Shown here one piece after another: positions 48,416-52,661 of a stretch of 52,661 nt of DNA (position 1 is the first letter of the stretch; every line of letters begins with the position of its first letter). Under the pieces are notes generated by a model that was not told the origin of the DNA, ran no database searches, and saw only the letters and a list, made by a program, of their open reading frames with translations. Origin of the DNA: Balamuthia mandrillaris (taxonomy: Eukaryota); NCBI GenBank assembly GCA_031835245.2, contig JAVKOQ020000098.1, positions 124,001 to 176,661 of the forward strand, in the 5' to 3' direction. The translations under genes and the position numbers were made by a program.

Positions 48416-48979
48416 CCTTTCTTCTTCCTTCTTTCTTCTTTCTTTTCTAGGCCATTAAATGCAAATATAGAGAGTTTAGCCTAATAACTGAAATATGATA
48501 AAGATCATGGTTCAAGAAAAAGTACCTAAAATCAGATTTGACTAAATAAGATAATGTTCTTATTTATATGAACAATCTTTTTTTATTATTTGTGAATATT
48601 GATCGAAACACAACCAAAACGCAACCAAAACATAATCAAAACACAACAGAAACACAATGGAAACATGTTTATTTTCAAACTTTTGGCTGAGAAAAGGTAT
48701 TGAAAATCAAGCAATTTGTCCTATCAGTTTTCATATATCCCGAGTTTAGATTTACTGTTGGTTGAAAACTTGGAGTTTTTTAATGTGTTTTCTAGAGGGT
48801 GGATCTGTGTTTCAGTTGTGTTTTGGTTGTGTTTCAGTTTAGTTGTGTTTTAGGTATGTTTTGGTTGTGTTTTGATCAAGTACCTAATCTGTTTATAAGG
48901 CACCTAATTTGTTTTTTCAGGTGGTTGTTATGAAGGCCAAGACCAATTATTTTTTTTCTCACACAATGGTTTACACACA

Positions 48980-49930
48980 ATGGGGAAGTGGAAGAAAGAG
49001 GAAAATGAACTTTTAGAGAACTTCTTCAAGAAAACAGCAGATGGAACTCTAACTCCACAGTTGCTTGCACAACTACGACACGGTTTGCCTGGTCGATCAG
49101 ATTCAGCCATTCCAGGCAAGTGGTCCAATATAAAGACAAAAGTGGCAGACACAATTGCAGATGAAGAAGAAGCAGGTATATTATTTTTCTTTTTCTTTGT
49201 TTGCTTTTTTCTGAAGGAGTTGTATTTGTTTGAATTAATCTTCATTGTAGCTTCTGTACTACCACAAGTCTTGGCCCTGTGGCAACAACGAACGGCTTCA
49301 TCTGCTTCACTGTCCCTTCTGGTGAAAGCAAAAGAAGTTGAGGAAGCAGAAGAGGAGGAGGAGGAAGAAGAGGAAGAACCAGAAGAGGAGAAACTACCGT
49401 CACCCAAGTGCCCAAGGCATTCTTCCTTTTCTTCTTCTGCTTCTTTTAGTTTTTCTTCTTCTTCTTTTTCTTCTTTTTCTTCTCCTTTATCTTCCTTCTA
49501 CCGTTCTGCAATGGCCCCTCCCCCTCCTTGCTCCTCATTTGTGCTAGCTTCCATTCCACTTAACGCATGGTTCTGGTATTGCTGCTCTAAAGATGGAGCC
49601 TATTTCTTTTTTCGCCAGCTATCAGGAATGCTGTACCATATTCAGCAAGTTCCTTGCTGTTATGACCAAATAATGGTGACAATTATCTGTTCTCGACTTT
49701 CGGATGACGAGCTATCATTTGTCCACAGCTTTTCAGGGTTAATACAGGACTCCTTTGCATGGCAACAATACAATCATCAGCTGGAGTTAAAGGAAAACAT
49801 TGAACTGCCAAAGGAGGCAAGCGACCCCTTGCTTTGGCACTATGAGGCCAAGAATGGTATTGAAGCCACCTTTGTCTTGTTTATGAAGGACATGGCAGAG
49901 GAAGAAAAGATTATGTTTTTCTTTCAATAA
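48980..49930 (+). CDS. Myb/SANT-like transposon accessory protein (probable in-frame 75-nt intron 49176-49250)
   Basis: KWKKEENELL...LPGRSDSAIPGKWSNIK is a Myb/SANT signature. It lies inside the TIR-bounded element, and its stop abuts the right TIR. Confidence 0.75.
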   Translation: MGKWKKEENELLENFFKKTADGTLTPQLLAQLRHGLPGRSDSAIPGKWSNIKTKVADTIADEEEAGILFFFFFVCFFLKELYLFELIFIVASVLPQVLALWQQRTASSASLSLLVKAKEVEEAEEEEEEEEEEPEEEKLPSPKCPRHSSFSSSASFSFSSSSFSSFSSPLSSFYRSAMAPPPPCSSFVLASIPLNAWFWYCCSKDGAYFFFRQLSGMLYHIQQVPCCYDQIMVTIICSRLSDDELSFVHSFSGLIQDSFAWQQYNHQLELKENIELPKEASDPLLWHYEAKNGIEATFVLFMKDMAEEEKIMFFFQ

Positions 49931-50493
49931 ACTTTATTTTGTTCAGTTCCCTCAACTCTAATTGTTAGAAAGACTCAATTATAGTGAACAAAATGAATAC
50001 AATGTTCTAGTTTTCCTATCAGTTGAAAGGCAAACAGGAAGAAGAAGAAGATAAGTCTTCCTTTTGTTTTTCACCTTCCTAATTTGTGTTGGATAAAAAC
50101 AAGCTGTTTTATGTGTAAATCTTTCAGTTTGTTTACCAAGACTACTTTGATATAGTGTATTGTCCATCAAAACTTTAGAATTGCACTAAAGGATTCAAGA
50201 ATAAAAATTTGTTTAATTTGAATTAGAGAAGATTCGTTTGTATTATGTGACTTCTGGCAAATATGTACTTCTTTGTCAAATTCAGAATTGGCAGTTAAAT
50301 CCATTGAGTATGATAAATCAGCCTGAACTTTGTCTATTTTGTCATTCAAAGGTTTTTTATAGGCCACACAAAAGTTAAGGAAATTCCAAGGCAAAACTTT
50401 CACATTCCCATAAAAAAAGGCTTGAGGAGCTTTGTAATACTTTAACATATAATACAAAAAAGTATTTCAACAGTTCAAGTCTACCTAAAGTTC

Positions 50494-51754
50494 AATATTG
50501 CCAGACTCACTCAAATCAAACCCAGACAAAAGTTATGGAGACTGGAATGTTGTTGGTATGTGCATAGTTTACATATTTTACCTTTGAAGGGACAGGAATG
50601 TTGATGGAATGCTAATGCAAATGAAGGGCTGAAGAGAGTTGGTTTTATTGAATACACACAACCTACAGGGCCAATACCAGAGTTGCATGTGTTTGGTTTG
50701 TTTTTCTTTTTCTTTTTATTTTTATTTTTTTTCTCCCTTCCTTTGCTTTCTTCCTTCTCTAGTAGTCCAGTCTTCAGCGACAGAGCCTTTGTTATGATTG
50801 TGTTTGGCTTTGGTTTTTAAAGCACGTTCCTGTGTGGTGTGTGAGCACTTGACAAAAAAAAATTGGTTCTTTATTCTCTTTCCTCTTCCTCCTCCTCTCC
50901 CTTTCCCTTTCCCTCTTCCGTTCCCTTTCCCTCTCCCTCTCCCTTTTCCTCTCTCTCTTCCTCTCCCTCTCCCTCTGCCTCTCCCTCCCCCTCCCTCTAC
51001 CTTTCTCTTTTTTCTGTCTGTGACAAGAACAAAAAACGCTCTGTGTTCAGCCAAGTCCCTGCTACATTCTTGACTTAATTTTTCTTCTTTTGCTATTTAA
51101 CTCATTCCGAGCAGCTTGTGATTGGACAGGAAAAAGAACTCCTATTCTCTGGCCACCACAAAAAAAAACTAAGTCAAAAAATCAGCACACAAAACATGAA
51201 AAAGAACATGCTGCTTGGCTAGAGTGTCAAAGTTGTGCCAGTATGCAGACCATGTAAGACTGTTGATGGGGAATAACCCTGTAGATCAAGAAAGGGACGG
51301 CACGTAAGCGACTCTGGGTTTATTCACAAGAAAAGGGGTGTGGACCAAAGTGTGTACTTTGAATGTGTCATGAGGAAAAGGGGAAAATAAAAAGGGTGAG
51401 AAAATTTAGGTATCAGGGAGAGTGTTGACAAGAAGTCATAATGGTTGGTTTTCCAACAGGACAAAACTATCTGTTTACAGGTGGTACATTTTCTAACAAT
51501 TTTTAATTCTCTTTGTGCTCAAATCTTGAAGAAAAGAATCATTGTGACTATCAAAAGCACTGTGACTGAAACTTTTTCCCTCTTGTTGTTGTTTTGCTAA
51601 CATTGTTCTATGATGTCTGTGGTGCTGGCTTGCTTGGACTATGTTGTACTGATTTTTATTTCCTGTTTCATATTGTTAAAATATGTGCATACCAACAACA
51701 TTCCAGTCTCCAAAACTTTTTTCTGGGTTTGATTTGAGTGAGTCTGGCAATATT
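50494..51754. mobile_element. Non-autonomous DNA transposon with ~75-bp TIRs
   Basis: AATATTGCCAGACTCACTCAAATCAAACCCAGA...GGAGACTGGAATGTTGTTGGTATG at 50494 has its reverse complement ending at 51754. The interior is non-coding and contains a pyrimidine microsatellite. Confidence 0.82.
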
Positions 51755-52661
51755 TTTAAAATAACTTCCCTGAAAAAATGATTAATACCAAGGAGTTTAT
51801 TTGCTTAAGTCCAACACTGTGATAAAGTTGGTAAGGAAACAACTTAATAGACACCAACTCGATGTGTGTAGGGAAAGGACCTTTGATAAAATGATAAGAA
51901 GAGATATTTATTCAAGGAGAAATAGGGATAGGTATTATAGGAGAGTGGTATAACAGCATTACTCATCCCTTTACCTTCTTCTTTTTTACCTCCCTTTACT
52001 TGCTTGATAAACTGGGCGGAGTTCCACAGATTGTTCACCCTGGTGATGCATGAGCTGAATTCCTTGGCAGGAGTTTGCATTTGTTTAAGACTGATCATAC
52101 CTTCCTGTTACTACTGCTGGATATTTATGTTCACTTGTCTCGCTTTTGCCACACTCATTCTCCTCCATAATTCCCCTCTTTCTGCCTCTACAACTCATCT
52201 TTTCCACAACACGACCAGGTCTGCATTCTTTTGCAACAATGGATATGTCTTTTGGCCAGTGAGCATGTTTCCCACCAACAAGCAACAACAGCAAACCTCC
52301 CATGTGACCCTCCGCCACAAGCTGGCCTGAATGGCAAGTTGCCCAGAGTGAGGAAAACAGTTGGCTTCTTCTCAGGGGTTGGCCATCCACCTCGGTCAAG
52401 GGCACTTCTTGTGGAGGTCTACTTCTGCTACTTCCACTACTCGGAAAAGAAGAGCGGAAAAGGCCTCAGCAGCACCTCAGTCAAGGTGGAGGTCCTCCAC
52501 CAGGTTGTGTGCCATATCACATGCAGAGTAGATGCAAAGAGGGTCGTGAAGAGTGGTGCGACCCACTTCCGTGTGGCCTTGACCGACCAAACAACTATAT
52601 TCTAATAGTTACCTCGATTTATTAAATACATTGCTACGTTTCTTTTTCCAATTGATATGAC

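Larger units (their letters stand above)
47491..49959. mobile_element. PIF/Harbinger-type DNA transposon, full length (2469 bp)
   Basis: 13-bp perfect TIR AGAGTTGAGGGAA (47491-47503 / 49947-49959), extending imperfectly to about 35 bp. AAT direct repeat on both flanks (47488-90, 49960-62). Encloses DDE transposase and Myb-like ORFs. Confidence 0.88.

Noticed and set aside
50722..51078. RG-rich and Pro-rich ORFs
   Set aside because: Translation of a hexameric pyrimidine microsatellite inside the TIR element.

Overview
Eukaryotic, intron-rich genomic DNA with short GT-AG introns (many AAG acceptors, (CT)n tracts). The gene content suggests a free-living amoeba/protist, possibly a discosean amoebozoan (inference only). 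The window has two compartments. (1) About 1-33.9 kb is gene-dense: TMF1, membrin/GOSR2, a secreted pentapeptide-repeat protein, COG2, a Cdc24-type multi-OB-fold protein, an orphan OB-like ORF, an NRPS-like adenylation-thiolation-ankyrin protein, DLST, bacterial-type glucokinase, a type-I membrane protein, Rap1, an OSCA/TMEM63 channel with a Cys-rich insert, a CPBP/Abi-like membrane protein and RTN4IP1. (2) About 33.9-52.7 kb is a CpG-depleted transposon graveyard: several decayed, rearranged copies of one APE-type non-LTR retrotransposon with (TAC)n tails, a full-length PIF/Harbinger-type element (TIRs, AAT TSD, divergent DDE and Myb ORFs), a 1.26-kb non-autonomous TIR element and several unclassified repeats/hairpins. 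The most intriguing items are the stand-alone A-T-ankyrin enzyme, the Tyr-capped secreted [DN][VI]K[VLI]P protein, the bacterial-like CPBP gene, the Harbinger element and the methylation-like CpG decay. All family assignments are from motif recognition by eye; no searches were run, and exon boundaries are hand-predicted.
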